Below, piece after piece: positions 42,187 to 51,858 of a stretch of 64,000 bases of DNA. A program made the translations under genes and the position numbers. Within the stretch, counting starts at the first letter, position 1. Each line of letters begins with the position of its first letter. The notes under the pieces are model-generated. The model searched no databases and was not told the origin of the DNA. It was given only the letters and a program-made list of their open reading frames with translations. The stretch lies in NCBI GenBank assembly GCA_965197745.1, contig CBDANS010000006.1, forward strand, positions 1,024,001 to 1,088,000. The letters run 5' to 3'. The stretch is from Opitutales bacterium (GTDB lineage Bacteria > Verrucomicrobiota > Verrucomicrobiia > Opitutales > PNEW01).

Positions 42187-43191
42187 ATGGGGAGTGTCGT
42201 CATTGCCCTCTTACCGTTCATCGGCGTAATGGCTGACGGCCTGTCCAGTTATCCGGAGATCGGTGAAGTGGTTCGTCTCGAGCCCGGGATTGATAAGCTC
42301 ATTACTCCCGGAGCGAAAATCGAAGTAATCGCCTCCGGGTTCGAGTGGTCCGAAGGGACCGTTTGGGTGCGTGAAAATAATGACAGTTATCTCCTCTTTT
42401 CTGATATCCCGCGCAACACCGTTTATAAATGGGTCGAAGGCGATGGGGTCAGCCTCTATCTAAAACCATCGGGCTACACCGGGGTGTCGGACTATGGCGG
42501 GGAGCCCGTATCGAATGGGCTTCTCATTGATGAGCAAGGGATGGTGGTTTTTTTTGAGCATGGGGATCGACGCGTTTCACGCATGGAGAAAGACGGAGGG
42601 AAAAAAACACTCGCCGACAATTATGAGGGTAAACGGTTTAATAGTCCTAACGATGAGGTCTTCATGTCAAACGGGGATCTCTACTTTACCGACCCCCCTT
42701 ATGGTTTACCCAAAAGATTTGAGGATCCACGACGCGAACTCGAATTTTGTGGCGTCTACCGTTTGTCAACAAAAGGAACCCTCACCCTCCTCACTGGCGC
42801 GATGACACGCCCTAACGGTATCGGCCTTTCCCCCGATGAGAAGACCCTCTATGTCGCTCAGTCAGATTCGGACGCAGCGCTCTGGATGAAATTCCCGGTT
42901 AAAAAAAATGGAACGCTGGGGAAGGGTGAAGTTTTCTTTGATGCCACCGCATCAGTAGGCATATTGCCGGGTCACCCCGATGGTATGGTTATCGATCGCG
43001 ACGGTAATATTTTCGCCACCGGTCCGGGTGGGGTTTATATTTTTACCCCTAAAGGCACGCTGCTCGGGCGTCTCTCTACCGGTGAAAGAACGGCCAACTG
43101 TACCTTTGGCAATGATGGCTCGGTTCTTTATATCGCTTCCGATATGTATGTATGCCGCATTCAGACGATGACCAAAGGTCTGGGATGGTAG
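42187..43191 (+). CDS. SMP-30/gluconolactonase family protein (N-terminus removed by IS)
   Basis: WSEG, FSDIP, RFNSPND, FTDPPYG, PNGIGLSPD, PDG and ANCTFG motifs. Confidence 0.88.
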   Translation: MGSVVIALLPFIGVMADGLSSYPEIGEVVRLEPGIDKLITPGAKIEVIASGFEWSEGTVWVRENNDSYLLFSDIPRNTVYKWVEGDGVSLYLKPSGYTGVSDYGGEPVSNGLLIDEQGMVVFFEHGDRRVSRMEKDGGKKTLADNYEGKRFNSPNDEVFMSNGDLYFTDPPYGLPKRFEDPRRELEFCGVYRLSTKGTLTLLTGAMTRPNGIGLSPDEKTLYVAQSDSDAALWMKFPVKKNGTLGKGEVFFDATASVGILPGHPDGMVIDRDGNIFATGPGGVYIFTPKGTLLGRLSTGERTANCTFGNDGSVLYIASDMYVCRIQTMTKGLGW

Positions 43192-43224
43192 GTGGGAGGT
43201 AACAGGTTTATATCTATGGGACCC

Positions 43225-43611
43225 TCAGGACCCTGATTCGAAACGACGGTTCCAGTCATATTCACGTGCGGTAATAATCGTTTCCATCCGACGGGTGCGT
43301 TTTTCGAGGGAATCAAATTTCCTTTTCAACCGCGACACCCCCATATTGCGCGAGGTGATATAGGAATTATAAAATTCCGTTTCTTCATCTGATTCAAAAT
43401 TAAGCATCGGTTCGGGAGGTATAAAGATTGCGGCAATGAGGTAAATGAGAACGATAGGGAAAAACCCGCTGAAAATAAAAAAAGTTATAAAGATTATACG
43501 AATCCATGTGACTGAAATTGCCGTAAAGTCGGCTAACCCCCGGCAGATGCCGAATATCCAGCCGTGGCGTGAGCGATAAAGGGAACGATCTCTAAATAAT
43601 AATTTATTCAT
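43225..43611 (-). CDS. pspC: Phage shock protein C
   Basis: LYRSR...GICRGLA PspC domain plus TM segment and coiled tail. Confidence 0.9.
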   Translation of the reverse strand: MNKLLFRDRSLYRSRHGWIFGICRGLADFTAISVTWIRIIFITFFIFSGFFPIVLIYLIAAIFIPPEPMLNFESDEETEFYNSYITSRNMGVSRLKRKFDSLEKRTRRMETIITAREYDWNRRFESGS

Positions 43612-43861
43612 TTTGTGAATTGGCCGGGTTTTGTTTTTCTTCTTGTTCTAATAAAATGGTTTCCAGTGCATCGATTCTCTTTTCCATTTTATTTAACCCC
43701 TGATATATTTCCTGGATAGTTCTTGTTTCTTCCGCATCCATTTTTTTGTTTCTCCGCGGCGACCCTTCAAGGCGCATTTTTATCAACCAGGTGAAGCAGA
43801 TTACAGGAAGGCCAACGACGATTAAGAGTATCAGTAAAACAAATATATAAGCAGGTTCCAT
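43604..43861 (-). CDS. pspB: Phage shock protein B
   Basis: N-terminal TM segment and MEKRIDALETIL; lies between pspA and pspC. Confidence 0.85.
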   Translation of the reverse strand: MEPAYIFVLLILLIVVGLPVICFTWLIKMRLEGSPRRNKKMDAEETRTIQEIYQGLNKMEKRIDALETILLEQEEKQNPANSQNE

Positions 43862-43940
43862 AAATTGGAGTATGATTAGTTATAATGACCGGTGCGTAGT
43901 TTTAATTATACAGGAGCGCACGCGCTTTTTAAAGAAGGCA

Positions 43941-44615
43941 TTACTTTTTCCCGGGTTTATGAGCGATTTCACTTTTCAGTGTTTCCAGCGCTTCCTCTAT
44001 CTTGTCCCTGTTTTCCAGACTTTCCCAGGCGTCTTCTTCACTGGGCTTACGGCCGTAATTGATCAGCTCCGCTTCCACTTCCATTCTCTCTATGCGATTT
44101 TCAAACTGCTCAAAGCGAACAAAGGCATCAGTGCTTTCGGCATCACGAATTTTGGTTTGCGCCGTTTTACGCTTCACCGCCTGAACATGCCGTTGTATGA
44201 GAAGACGATGTTTCTTGCGGGCCGCATCCAGTTTTTCCTCTAACTGGTGAATGTCTTTTTGATACTGGGTAATAATATTTGTAAATTGATCGATCTCGTT
44301 CTCCAGGCACCCGGCTTCCTCTTCGAGGTGCATTTTTTCTGCTAACGCTTCGCGCGCCATGTCTTCCCTCCCTTTTTCAACAGCAAGCCTGGCTTTTGCT
44401 CCCCAGTTTTCTGTCCGGCGTTTTGCTTCCTCGTGCGCACGAGTTATCCGTTTTTGACTGGCCATCGCACCCGCACAGGAGGCTTTGATTTCTACCAGCG
44501 TGTCTTCCATCTCCTGGATCATCAGCTTGATCAGCTTCTCCGGATCTTCAGCCTTCTCCAACATCGAATTTATGTTGGAACTGATTATGTCTCTAAATCG
44601 TGAAAATATTCCCAT
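43941..44615 (-). CDS. pspA: Phage shock protein A
   Basis: MGIFSRFRDIISSNINSMLEKAEDPEK...IQEMEDTLVE. Confidence 0.96.
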   Translation of the reverse strand: MGIFSRFRDIISSNINSMLEKAEDPEKLIKLMIQEMEDTLVEIKASCAGAMASQKRITRAHEEAKRRTENWGAKARLAVEKGREDMAREALAEKMHLEEEAGCLENEIDQFTNIITQYQKDIHQLEEKLDAARKKHRLLIQRHVQAVKRKTAQTKIRDAESTDAFVRFEQFENRIERMEVEAELINYGRKPSEEDAWESLENRDKIEEALETLKSEIAHKPGKK

Positions 44616-44653
44616 TTTTTCTCCTTTGGTAAGTTAATGCTGCAGCCCTTTAT

Positions 44654-44670
44654 TGCAGTCCCTGTGCCAA
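44654..44670 (-). promoter_or_regulatory. Sigma-54 promoter of pspA
   Basis: Minus strand reads TTGGCACAGGGACTGCA (GG-N10-GC); the divergent activator gene pspF is adjacent. Confidence 0.85.
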
Positions 44671-44799
44671 TTTCCACGTCTGTCTGTAAGTGGCTAATCT
44701 CTATTAAGTTATAAATTAGGCTTGAATTTTGTTACAGGTTAAATTTACTAATAATATGTTAATATAACTAAAATTTATAATAATTAACCAATAATCGAT

Positions 44800-45819
44800 T
44801 TGTCAGAGCGCAGTAACATCACGGATGCCTTAGGGGAATCAGAGGCATTCATTCATTTTCAGGAGAGGCTGTCACGGGCTGCAGGTGTTGAAAGACCCTT
44901 GCTGATCGTCGGGGAGCGGGGCACGGGTAAGGAATTAGCAGCGTCGCGCCTGCACTTTTTATCTCCTCGCTGGGAGGGGCCGATGGGCTCGCTTAATTGT
45001 GCGGCCCTGGCGCCATCGGTGCTCGAGTCGGAGTTATTTGGCCATGAAGCGGGCGCTTTTACGGGGGCTATTCAGAAACGGATAGGGCGTTTTGAAGCGG
45101 CGGCAGGTGGGACCTTGTTTCTCGATGAGATTGGTCTCCTCCCCATGGAGGTTCAGGAAAAAATTTTACGGGTAGTTGAGTACAAATCATTTGAGCGGGT
45201 GGGAGGATCCTCTCCTGTAGAGGTTGACGTCCGTATCATAGGGGCGACGAATGTGGATCTGCCTGCGCTGGTTAAGGGGGAAAGATTCAAAAGAGACCTG
45301 CTCGATCGATTGTCATTTGAAGTGCTGTTTCTCCCTCCCCTTCGTGAGCGTCATGGTGATATCGCGCTTCTTGCTTATCATTTTTCAGCGCGCATGGCAC
45401 AGGAATTAGGACGCGAGGGGATTCCTGAATTCAGTGAAAAAGCCTTGTCAGATTTGGAGAACTACACATGGCCGGGCAATATCAGGGAATTGAAAAATGT
45501 CGTCGAGCGAGCGGTCTATCAGGCCGAAGGCGACAGCATTACGAACATAAATTTTGATCCTTTTGTCTCCCCATTTTCTTCTCTTCGCGGACAGGTGGAA
45601 GAGGACCCGCAAAGCGGAGTAACTAAGGGAGCTGATATGATAAACATACCCCTGGAAGAAGCGGTTAGAGCGGTTGAAATGAAAGCGCTTCAGCAGGCGC
45701 TCGAGCGCTCACACTATCACCAGGGCAGGGCGGCACAATATTTAGGGATGACCTATCATCAATTCCGCGGTCTTTATCGTAAATATAGACAGAAAATAGA
45801 GCTGCCATTAAATCCCTGA
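44800..45819 (+). CDS. pspF: Phage shock operon sigma-54 activator
   Basis: GERGTGKE, GAFTGA, LFLDE, WPGNIRELKN and C-terminal HTH; no receiver domain. Confidence 0.94.
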   Translation: MSERSNITDALGESEAFIHFQERLSRAAGVERPLLIVGERGTGKELAASRLHFLSPRWEGPMGSLNCAALAPSVLESELFGHEAGAFTGAIQKRIGRFEAAAGGTLFLDEIGLLPMEVQEKILRVVEYKSFERVGGSSPVEVDVRIIGATNVDLPALVKGERFKRDLLDRLSFEVLFLPPLRERHGDIALLAYHFSARMAQELGREGIPEFSEKALSDLENYTWPGNIRELKNVVERAVYQAEGDSITNINFDPFVSPFSSLRGQVEEDPQSGVTKGADMINIPLEEAVRAVEMKALQQALERSHYHQGRAAQYLGMTYHQFRGLYRKYRQKIELPLNP

Positions 45820-45881
45820 CCCCGCTGAAAAAATCTTCCCCCTTGTTACATAAACAGGGGCCCGCCCGCTTAGAGAAAGAA

Positions 45882-46526
45882 CTAAAAATCGATAGCCCCG
45901 AGTGATTCGAATACGGGTACGCCGCAGGCCTCAAGTTTCAGGTGGTGTTGGTGACCGTGGCTGTCAAGGGCACAGTCTATGCCGCATGCTGTAGCCACTT
46001 CAAAATCATGGTCCGTGTCCCCTATAAGTAATATCTCGTGGCGATCATAATCGAGCGAATGGATACATTGAAGACCAAGTTCAACTTTACCCTCGGCGTG
46101 AATGTTGGTCAGGCCCATGAGGTTTTGGAAATAGGGAGTCAGTCCATAGTGTTCTATTATTTCCACGAGGCGCTCCTGCAGCGAGGCAGAGAGAATAGAT
46201 TGGGACCGACCTGCTTGAACATTAGACCCAAGGATTTCACATACGTCGCTATGCAGATTACATTCCTCGCGGCGACGATCATATACCTCATTGAATTCGA
46301 CACTTAAGGTATCGAAGGATTCGACATCGAGATCAAATCCTAACCGCTCATAATACTCGATGATCGGAAAATCGAACTGCGCGCGGTATGACTCCCTCGA
46401 TACCGCGGGCATCTGACGGTTTTGAAGAATACTGTTAAGCACTTCAACACATAGCCAGGTATCATCAAACAATGTACCGTTCCAGTCCCAGATTATGTGT
46501 TTGTAATTCGTATTGGCCACGACCAT
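45882..46526 (-). CDS. HAD-family hydrolase
   Basis: WDWNGTLFDD and IGDTDHD motifs. Confidence 0.88.
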   Translation of the reverse strand: MVVANTNYKHIIWDWNGTLFDDTWLCVEVLNSILQNRQMPAVSRESYRAQFDFPIIEYYERLGFDLDVESFDTLSVEFNEVYDRRREECNLHSDVCEILGSNVQAGRSQSILSASLQERLVEIIEHYGLTPYFQNLMGLTNIHAEGKVELGLQCIHSLDYDRHEILLIGDTDHDFEVATACGIDCALDSHGHQHHLKLEACGVPVFESLGAIDF

Positions 46527-46648
46527 TTATTATTGAAAATAAGAGGATCGCTATTGCCTTTCAACCAAAGAGTCTCAACTTGATTACTTATTTCTTTGCC
46601 GTTACTGTATTTTGTTATTAATATTACCGCCGTTTTTAATTTGATAAA

Positions 46649-47437
46649 ATGATCACTGAAGGACAAGTAGCGCATTTCAATACCTTTGGATTTCTCCTTC
46701 TCAAGCAGGTTTATTCACCGGCGGAGATGGAGGCGATTACCCGTGAATTTGAAGGGTTGATCGAGAAAGGGGAAGCGAATCCCAAACAAGCCGAAAGAGG
46801 AGTGACAAACGTTACGTCTATTATCGAAATGAGTCCCCGCCTGACTGAACTTGCGATAGACGATCGTATTTATGGGACAATTGAGCAATTACTTGAACCG
46901 GGATTTATCTGGTCGGGGTCGGAGGGCCAGCGAGGTCGTGTCTTTGCCTCCTGGCACGCGGATCGACCGGGGATGGAAGAATTATTTTATACGCGTATCA
47001 AGGTTCATCTCTACCTTGACGCCACGACGAAAGACACCTGTGCATTGCGCGTCATTCCCGGGTCGCAGCGTTCACCTTATCACGATCTACTGCAACCGCT
47101 CATCCATTATCACTTTAATCTTAATGAGGAGAATGATAATACATCCCCCCACCCTTTCGGAATAAAGGGACCGGACATGCCCTGCCATGTCGTCGAATCT
47201 AATCCCGGGGATATCGTTTTTTTTAATCAAAGTGTCATGCATGCCGTCTATGGCGAATTGGTTAATAAACGGCGTTATATAGCTTTGAAATTCGCGGATA
47301 AACCAACCACTGAGAGGCATGTAGCATCCTTGAAGAAATGGTCTGAGTATACTTTGCACCCCGAGGAAGTATTTCTCAAAAGTGATCATCCCCGAATCCG
47401 CAATATGGTCGAAGGTTTAGTAGAGCTCGCTTCATAA
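46649..47437 (+). CDS. PhyH-family Fe(II)/2-oxoglutarate dioxygenase
   Basis: FNTFGF, WHAD, LRVIPGS and PGDIVFFN...H motifs. Confidence 0.85.
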   Translation: MITEGQVAHFNTFGFLLLKQVYSPAEMEAITREFEGLIEKGEANPKQAERGVTNVTSIIEMSPRLTELAIDDRIYGTIEQLLEPGFIWSGSEGQRGRVFASWHADRPGMEELFYTRIKVHLYLDATTKDTCALRVIPGSQRSPYHDLLQPLIHYHFNLNEENDNTSPHPFGIKGPDMPCHVVESNPGDIVFFNQSVMHAVYGELVNKRRYIALKFADKPTTERHVASLKKWSEYTLHPEEVFLKSDHPRIRNMVEGLVELAS

Positions 47438-47473
47438 CCTCACAACCCCATTCATGGACTAATCTTTTAGCTA

Positions 47474-48268
47474 ATGATCAGTGAGGGACAGTGTGCGCAT
47501 TTTAAAACTTTTGGATTTTTAATTCTCAAGCAGGCATTTTCATCGGAAGAGATGGAGGTTATCACCCGCGATTTCGATCTGATAATGGAGAAGGAAGAGG
47601 AGCAGCCATCCGATAATGAAAAAAAAGTTAAGAATGTCGTGCCATTTGTCGAAAAACTCCCTCAACTGGCGCGACTTGCCGAAGACGATCGTATTTACGG
47701 AACGATGGAAAAATTACTCGGGCCCGGATTCATCTGGGCGGGATCCGAAGGTCAAAATGGGCGCGCCAGCGCAGATTGGCACACGGACCGGCCGGGGGAG
47801 GCCGAACTTTTTTTCACGCGAATTAAAACGCACATTTACCTGGATGTCACAACTGAAGATGCCGGTGCGCTGCGTGTCATCCCCGGTTCGCATCGCATGC
47901 CACTACACGAAGTTCTTGTCACGCAACTTTTAAAATATTATTTTAAACAGAGTGCGACCGAAGATGTGCCCATTGCCTCTAATGCCCTGGGGGTCACCGG
48001 TCCCGGGATGCCGTCTTTCTCCCTTGAATCCACGCCCGGAGATATTGTATTTTTTAATCAGAGTTTGTTTCATGCGGTCTATGGGGGGAAGGGAAGGCAG
48101 CGTCGTTATATTGCCCTTAAGTTCGCGGAATATCCCGCGACCGATAAGCACATCGCGTCATTGCGGAAATGGACCGAGTACGTATTTCATCCGGATGAGG
48201 TGTTTCTCAATAGCGACCGTCCCCGCATTCGCGGCATGATCGATGGTCTCTTAGGGCTCACCTCTTAA
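47474..48268 (+). CDS. PhyH-family Fe(II)/2-oxoglutarate dioxygenase (tandem paralog)
   Basis: FKTFGF, WHTD, LRVIPGSH and PGDIVFFN...H motifs. Confidence 0.85.
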   Translation: MISEGQCAHFKTFGFLILKQAFSSEEMEVITRDFDLIMEKEEEQPSDNEKKVKNVVPFVEKLPQLARLAEDDRIYGTMEKLLGPGFIWAGSEGQNGRASADWHTDRPGEAELFFTRIKTHIYLDVTTEDAGALRVIPGSHRMPLHEVLVTQLLKYYFKQSATEDVPIASNALGVTGPGMPSFSLESTPGDIVFFNQSLFHAVYGGKGRQRRYIALKFAEYPATDKHIASLRKWTEYVFHPDEVFLNSDRPRIRGMIDGLLGLTS

Positions 48269-49177
48269 TAGCGCGAATATTTTTTTATACCCGGCTCCGG
48301 GTCGCGATGCAAAGATGACAACGATGGCGCCCATGACAAGCAGTGTGCTGGCGAGATAAAAAGCGACGCTTGGAAATTCATTGAGAATATAGACACCCAT
48401 AAAACCGGCGAAAATGAATTGACTGAGAGCAATGATGGATACGCTTTGACCGCGTAGATGTTTAAGAGAATAATTAAAAATGCTGTGCCCTATGACCGTG
48501 GGAATAAGGGCCAGTGCGAAGATTAATCCCAAATCGCGCGCGTCATAATCGTGAACACTAGCGGCGGCCGTGAATCCACTTTGCTGCGCCATAAAATAAA
48601 TGAGCAGTGTAAATAAACCGGCAATCAGGTAAAGTGGAACGACATAAAGCCAGAGTGAAGGAATGTCCCGATTCTTGCGTCCCCACACGATGTAAAACGC
48701 GTAAAACAGCATCGAGACAAAACAGATGATATCGCCAAGGGCATATTTTATATTGAGTCGGTAGTCGGCGAATCCCAAAACGGCCACGCCCGCCAGGGAG
48801 AGGAAAGTGCCATAACACTCGGCCCGATTGATAACTTCACGTATCATGAAATAGAGGAGGAAAGGGGTAATGACCGGAAGCATATTTACAATAAGCGTCG
48901 AATTTGAGACGGGGGTTAGACGCGCGCCGATGGTCCACGTGATAAAATGAATTCCCAAAAACATACCGGGCATCAGGGTTCGCCGTAATGACGATACCCT
49001 GTATTGACCCGCATGGCTTTTCAGCGCCCTGAAGAATAAGGGAAGGAGCACCACTCCTGCGATGAGGGACCGATAACTGGCAAGCAGGACAGGATCGGTG
49101 TGACTTAACTTAACGAAGAGAGCGGAAGTCGAGGCGGCAAATACGCCGATGAATAATATAAGGTAGTAAAAAAACAT
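48251..49177 (-). CDS. DMT/EamA-family transporter
   Basis: About ten TM segments in two repeats; PTVIGH motif. Confidence 0.85.
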   Translation of the reverse strand: MFFYYLILFIGVFAASTSALFVKLSHTDPVLLASYRSLIAGVVLLPLFFRALKSHAGQYRVSSLRRTLMPGMFLGIHFITWTIGARLTPVSNSTLIVNMLPVITPFLLYFMIREVINRAECYGTFLSLAGVAVLGFADYRLNIKYALGDIICFVSMLFYAFYIVWGRKNRDIPSLWLYVVPLYLIAGLFTLLIYFMAQQSGFTAAASVHDYDARDLGLIFALALIPTVIGHSIFNYSLKHLRGQSVSIIALSQFIFAGFMGVYILNEFPSVAFYLASTLLVMGAIVVIFASRPGAGYKKIFALLRGEP

Positions 49178-49400
49178 GCCTTTGTGGTTATCCTATCATT
49201 GACTCATCGGAAGCGAGCTTTCGATTTATTATTCATCTTTCACCAGGGACTTCAGCCATTGATTTTAAAGCCGTAATATTAAGAGATAAGGAGAAAATTA
49301 GTTAACTGAACATTTTTTCACGTTTAGGCTTGAACCCTTTTAAAAACTTGCGAAATTGGTAATATCATTAACCGAATTATAACTTTCACACTACAGAATT

Positions 49401-50462
49401 ATGGCAAGGGGATCAGGGAGTAAAACTCAGTCTAACGGCAGCGACAACAACAGCCTTAACCTCGCGCTGTCCGCAATTAATAAGCAATTTGGTGAGGGTG
49501 CGATTATGCGCATGGGTGATGCCACCCGCATGAATGTGTCCGTTCTTTCCACGGGATCAGTAGCTATAGATCTTGCCCTCGGGGTGGGCGGACTCCCCCG
49601 GGGTCGAATCTGCGAAATATATGGGCCCGAGAGCGGGGGTAAGACGACCATGTGCCTGAGCCTCATTGCCTACGCTCAGAGAAATGGCGGCAACGCGGTT
49701 TTTATCGATGTCGAACATGCGCTCGACCCCAAGTATGCCCGCACCGTCGGTGTCGATCTTGACAATTTGATGATTTCTCAACCGGAAAGCGGTGAAGATG
49801 CCCTCAATATCACCGAGACACTTATCCGTTCAGGGGCCATCGACGTGATCGTTGTCGATTCCGTGGCCGCGCTTGTTTCCAAGCATGAACTCGATGGGCA
49901 GATGGGTGATGCCACCGTGGGCCTGCAGGCAAGATTGATGAGCCAGGCGATGCGGCGACTAACCGCGGCGATCAGCAGGTCGCAGTGCGTCTGTCTCTTT
50001 ACCAATCAGATTCGTGAGAAAATTGGAGTCATGTTCGGTAACCCGGAAACCCAGCCCGGGGGGCGCGCCCTGAAATTTTCCGCAACCGTCCGCATGGATA
50101 TCCGGCGTATCGGCGCGATCAAAGATACTTCAGGAAAAGTTATTGGTAACCGGACGCGCTTGAAAGTGGTGAAAAATAAAGTGGCTCCACCCTTTACTGA
50201 ATGTGAATTTGACATCATGTACGATGAAGGCATTTCTCAAACCGGCTCCGTTCTCGACCTCGGAATTGAACATAAAATGCTCGAGAAAAAAGGGTCTTGG
50301 ATTTCTTATAATGGGGAGATGATCGGACAGGGCCGCGAGGCTGCGAAGCAGTATCTATCAGAGAATAAAGAGCTGATGGATAATCTGCTTCAAGAGATTT
50401 TAGGTAAAGTAACGGTCGCCGGGGGCAGCGTTTTAGCGGAAGCTAAATCTGAGGATAGCTGA
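49401..50462 (+). CDS. recA: Recombinase RecA
   Basis: [22 protein letters not shown] and KNKVAPPF motifs. Confidence 0.98.
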   Translation: MARGSGSKTQSNGSDNNSLNLALSAINKQFGEGAIMRMGDATRMNVSVLSTGSVAIDLALGVGGLPRGRICEIYGPESGGKTTMCLSLIAYAQRNGGNAVFIDVEHALDPKYARTVGVDLDNLMISQPESGEDALNITETLIRSGAIDVIVVDSVAALVSKHELDGQMGDATVGLQARLMSQAMRRLTAAISRSQCVCLFTNQIREKIGVMFGNPETQPGGRALKFSATVRMDIRRIGAIKDTSGKVIGNRTRLKVVKNKVAPPFTECEFDIMYDEGISQTGSVLDLGIEHKMLEKKGSWISYNGEMIGQGREAAKQYLSENKELMDNLLQEILGKVTVAGGSVLAEAKSEDS

Positions 50463-50502
50463 CTTCCTCCCTGCGGGGGTCCTTTTCGCAAGACCGTAGG
50501 CC

Positions 50503-51858
50503 ATGGCTTTAAATGATACTATTGTCGCGCTGTCCACTCCTGCCGGGGAATCGGCGCTCGCCCTTATTCGCCTCTCGGGTCCGCTCTGCGGCACATTGGT
50601 AACCGCGGTTTTTAATCACCCTACCCCGCTTTCGCGACAAGCCTGCTTAGCCGAATATCGCGACCTGGAGGAGCGGTCCCTCGATACCGTGATCTACGTT
50701 TTTTATGAAGAGGGAGCGTCTTTCACCGGTGACGCGACACTGGAAATATCCTGCCACGGCAATCCACTCATCATTCAGAAAATAACCGAGGATTTAATTC
50801 AACGGGAATGTCGCATGGCCGAACCCGGGGAATTTACGCGTACCGCCTTTCTCAACGGACGCATGGATTTAAGCCAGGCCGAAGCGGTTATTGATCTTAT
50901 TCGTGCCCGTAGTGACAAGGCCCTTGAGGTGGCAAAAAATCAGCTCGATGGATCGGTGCGCAATAAGATTATCAGTTTAACCGATTCATTATTGCAGGTC
51001 ATCGCGCACTTTGAAGCTTATATCGATTTTCCCGAAGAAGACCTGCCCCCTGAAGATGAAGAAGGCCCATTGCGTGAACTCAATTTGCTGCGGAATGAAA
51101 TGGAGCGGATGATAGCCACAGGTCAGTACAGCACCCTGCTCCACGATGGAGTAAAAACCGTTATCGTTGGTCAGCCTAATGTCGGGAAAAGCAGCTTGCT
51201 CAACGCTTTGATCGGTAGAGAACGCGCTATTGTCAGCGTGGAACCGGGTACGACACGCGACTATATCGAGGAGCGGGTTATCATCGATTCCCACTTTCTT
51301 CGTGTCATCGACACGGCCGGATTCCATGAATCCAGCTCTGCCGTCGAACACCTGGGAATGAAAAAAACGAGAGAACAACTCGAGAGCGCCGATTTTAAAC
51401 TGCTCGTCATAGACAGTACCGTCCCCTCACCTCAATTGCCCGACGATGTCCTCCCGCAGATTGTTAATGGAGCCACTCTCGTCATCGAAAATAAGATAGA
51501 TCTACCTGATAGTCAAAGGCATACAGATTTTATCCCCGACTTGCCCCACTGTCGCGTCTCCGCCCTCACCGGAGAGGGCATAAAAGAAGCAGAAACTGTT
51601 ATAATTCAATTACTTAAGAAAGATGTAGAAGCCCCGACCGAAGATACGGTAATCGTCAGTGTAAGGCATGCCCATGCCTTGAGGGAGGCGAAAACGCACC
51701 TCCATGCCGCGCTCCAGAAAATTGAGAAGGGTGATGCCCCTGAATTGATCGTCAGTGATCTGAGATCATCCATGGGAGAACTCAGCGAGATTACGGGCAA
51801 AATTGATAATGAAGCGATGCTCGACAAGTTGTTTCAATCCTTTTGCATTGGCAAATGA
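50503..51858 (+). CDS. mnmE: tRNA modification GTPase
   Basis: DTIVALST, PGEFT, NVGKSSL, GTTRD, DTAG and terminal FCIGK. Confidence 0.97.
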   Translation: MALNDTIVALSTPAGESALALIRLSGPLCGTLVTAVFNHPTPLSRQACLAEYRDLEERSLDTVIYVFYEEGASFTGDATLEISCHGNPLIIQKITEDLIQRECRMAEPGEFTRTAFLNGRMDLSQAEAVIDLIRARSDKALEVAKNQLDGSVRNKIISLTDSLLQVIAHFEAYIDFPEEDLPPEDEEGPLRELNLLRNEMERMIATGQYSTLLHDGVKTVIVGQPNVGKSSLLNALIGRERAIVSVEPGTTRDYIEERVIIDSHFLRVIDTAGFHESSSAVEHLGMKKTREQLESADFKLLVIDSTVPSPQLPDDVLPQIVNGATLVIENKIDLPDSQRHTDFIPDLPHCRVSALTGEGIKEAETVIIQLLKKDVEAPTEDTVIVSVRHAHALREAKTHLHAALQKIEKGDAPELIVSDLRSSMGELSEITGKIDNEAMLDKLFQSFCIGK

